NCBI GenBank assembly: GCA_002633005.1
Contig: NMRA01000409.1
Span: 249,831-313,830, forward strand
Direction of reading: 5' to 3'
Source: Phoronis australis
Lineage: Eukaryota; Animalia; Phoronida
Length of the DNA: 64,000 bases
Shown here: positions 62,201 to 64,000 of the stretch, one piece after another
Layout: each line of letters begins with the position of its first letter
How positions within the stretch are numbered: position 1 is the first letter of the stretch
Program-made: the position numbers and the translations under genes
The notes under the pieces: generated by a model
What the model was told of the DNA's origin: nothing
Database searches by the model: none
The model's input: only the letters and a program-made list of their open reading frames with translations

Positions 62201-63151
62201 CTCCTTTGTAAATATGATCCTGATGATGTCTAATGAATAGAGGAAACGTTGATTGAACATGAACTTATTTATTTGTGCGGCGATCTACGGTCCGGTTTTA
62301 ATTCTACCATTTTGCGAATTTGACGATTTTCTATTATTCTATGCTCGAGTACATAGCACTACATGTGGATAACTGTCTAGTCCTAGTTTGCACTTGATGA
62401 CCACAGTACTAAGGCTAACCGTTCGAGTATGAACAAGAAATTTGGAGTTTTTACTCTAGATTGCAGCTCACATGTAGAAATCATTAAGTGGACTAGAAAC
62501 TCATATGCATAATCAATGTTGTAGTCGAGCACACACTAATAATAAAAACAATAATTGCAGGCGGTCTGATACACGTTGTATCAGACGTGCGCAGGCCTCG
62601 CGTGTGGGCCCATTGCACTGATCACCTGGAAATATTTTTATGCTTTATTGCTATATGGTTAAAACCGAGCTGAGGAGCTACAAACCTGGCTCAAGGGTTT
62701 AGCAGTGTGACCTGGTGGCACACACTAATACTGAGACACTTGTTGCTGAACTCTATCCTGGTCTAGTATCCTTTTAAATAAGACGTGTGTGTTGGGCGAG
62801 AATATTCAAGATGATGATATTCTTAGTCAAAATGTCGCCATATTTCCCAGGCGATGCACTCGTGCACATTTCTGCACAGAACTATAGGACTACCAATAGC
62901 AGAATGTCAAAGAATAGCTAAGTTCCAGTTCAAACCCAAATAAATATAGGCTACATATACTGCCAGTATTTATAAATACTAAAAATTATCTCATTTCATA
63001 GGCTCACGTCCGAGAGAGAGGCTTGCTACTCCTACTGAGATAAGTTTCTTTATTTCAGGCTGTAGCGGTATTTTCATTGGTACACCCAACAGCGCGTTTT
63101 TTCTACGCTGGTCTCACTGGATTGAAAGTCGTCGTACAGCCGTTTATGAAG
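50142..63151 (+). CDS. ANKH: Progressive ankylosis protein homolog (ANKH-family transporter), first 8 coding exons; continues beyond the window
   Basis: Spliced peptide follows vertebrate ANKH motif by motif: YWPLLKFYLP, FRHVGLVLVQSRRD, SELGSYYVKELHTV, GILL, PILIPVISLYLG, FWGPLALV...INRPLINILVAR, AVAVFSLVHP. All junctions are GT-AG and in phase. Confidence 0.9.
51370..51472 (+). CDS. ANKH: ANKH coding exon 2
   Basis: AENRSLTSGGGKQVASTLAAFGIAHSLVKFLCMS|GTGAGT. Confidence 0.87.
52249..52303. other. Assembly gap (N run)
   Basis: Run of N bases. Confidence 0.97.
52808..52921 (+). CDS. ANKH: ANKH coding exon 3
   Basis: ANFRHVGLVLVQSRRDLKTSLAFCSIITCLTTTLQVVL. Confidence 0.88.
54085..54278. repeat. 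Degenerate (ACC)n microsatellite
   Basis: Seen directly; it produces the spurious poly-Thr/His/Gly/Val ORFs. Confidence 0.9.
54284..54882 (+). mobile_element. tRNA-headed SINE with (ACC)n tail, split by a MITE
   Basis: A box TGGCTCAGTGG at 54294-54304; B box GGTTCGAATCC at 54583-54593; body to about 54729, then an ACC-rich tail. Confidence 0.65.
54317..54559. mobile_element. MITE with about 28-bp imperfect TIRs and TGG target duplication
   Basis: GCGGCCTGTTCCAAGAAACTGACTTAG ... CTAAGCCAGTTTTGTTGGAACGGGCTCC; TGG on both sides. Confidence 0.7.
54935..55053 (+). CDS. ANKH: ANKH coding exon 4
   Basis: GASELGSYYVKELHTVSSRTNTIAKEGLLFLAGYGSLDAV. Confidence 0.88.
56245..60470 (-). mobile_element. 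Degenerate non-LTR retrotransposon (CR1/L2-group LINE): APE endonuclease plus reverse transcriptase, in ANKH intron 4
   Basis: Frameshifted ORF pieces: FYRSP, SDHHTI (APE); PIHKKDS..NYRPVT, FLDIASAFD, GVPQGYILGPLLFLVYINDL, ADDT, KHLGILFD (RT); C-terminal CKCG..HVFF; AATAAA (minus) near 56251. Confidence 0.9.
58755..59599. mobile_element. About 0.85 kb non-coding insertion interrupting the LINE, possibly a solo LTR
   Basis: LINE coding similarity stops near 58754 and resumes near 59645; the insert begins TGTG and ends CACA; no clear target-site duplication. Confidence 0.45.
60820..60903 (+). CDS. ANKH: ANKH coding exon 5
   Basis: AKLFEGILLGDKHSLIVAVATLVDFALQ|GTGAGA. Confidence 0.87.
61131..61289 (+). 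CDS. ANKH: ANKH coding exon 6
   Basis: TGSIILLLLTRLTQTSPILIPVISLYLGTFTRLTICLAAFFVKTHGGLKPMSE. Confidence 0.85.
61602..61736 (+). CDS. ANKH: ANKH coding exon 7
   Basis: DNLTLLEIFRFWGPLALVAAFHKINRPLINILVARNEPNPDSASM|GTAAG. Confidence 0.9.
63059..63151 (+). CDS. ANKH: ANKH coding exon 8
   Basis: AVAVFSLVHPTARFFYAGLTGLKVVVQPFMK. Confidence 0.82.
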
Positions 63152-64000
63152 GTTCAACAATTTTTAATTCAGTGGTAATTGACGAAGAAATTAAGCACAA
63201 ATAACTAGCTGCACAGGTCCAGCATAAAAATGTTTTACAACATTCTCGACACCTGCGTTAGGTTCTTCATTAAGATTATGAAACATACATGAAAATCCAC
63301 CTACACAAATACTTCTGTCTGAGGCCTGTTTCATAAAAAGTGACTTCAGCCTTTCTTCCGTTGTTCTGTGTTCTTGCGGTGACGCAATATGGCACGAAAT
63401 GCTACTTCATTGTTCACTTGACGGGCCTGCGTTTATGAGATTATATTGTGTTTTTGTACGTTGCTTAAGTATAGCTGGGACCAGTTGCGTATTCCAATGC
63501 ATCCAACGTAACAAAAGTAAAGCAAATGAAACCAAGGCGCATGTGAAAGGAGGTGCTTCACTACAACTACTCAATTACTAAGAATTGAAGAGATTCCTAA
63601 AACACCTGATTTAAGAAATGTGCATTTAAAACAAACACTCAGTTTGCGGTTTGTGTCAAAGCAAGTTAGTTGCATGTGGCTAAGTGCAAACATTTAAGTG
63701 TGAGGTTTTTCGGCATTAAAGTGCTTTTAGAATCTCGGCTATGCGTTCAAAATAGGCACATGGGCCTAAATGCTCGCGTACAATGAAAAAGTTTTGCACG
63801 ATGCATGACGTCAACAGCTCGCTATAATGCGACGCCGATGTACAACCGTGATACAGCCGCTGTTGGACTCGAGACATTCTTCAATAATTTTATAAATTAA
63901 ACTAGTCTAAATATGCAAATGATGCTCGTTCATTTCACAGGCGCTCGAATTTCACCATTCCTCATGTTTATTATTATATAGAAACATAGTGACGTGTCTG

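Overview
Intron-rich, AT-rich animal genomic DNA, most likely from a marine invertebrate; the species cannot be assigned from sequence alone. (1) A complete laminin chain gene lies on the minus strand. By hand-splicing it has 31 coding exons (7916-47370, 6288 nt, about 2095 aa) and a beta/gamma hybrid architecture: signal peptide, LN, 5 LE, LF (IV type B), 4 LE, split LE containing L4 (IV type A), 6 LE, coiled coil, no LG domains. (2) A 5-coding-exon plus-strand gene (24821-28868, 254 aa) is nested antisense in one laminin intron. It has a collectin-like layout (signal peptide, CxC, 18 Gly-X-Y triplets, coiled-coil neck), but its Cys-rich head ending [10 protein letters not shown] is not a C-type lectin, fibrinogen or C1q domain that I can recognise. 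(3) The first 8 coding exons of an ANKH-family transporter gene (plus strand, from 50142) sit head-to-head with the laminin gene. Repeats include a decayed CR1/L2-group LINE with a secondary insertion, a Helentron-like element carrying about 9 same-strand CTCF-consensus motifs, several MITEs, a tRNA-headed SINE split by a MITE, palindromes and microsatellites. Three near-identical tandem duplications flank single N bases and look like uncollapsed haplotypes. Exon boundaries were read by eye from GT-AG sites and phase continuity and need RNA confirmation.
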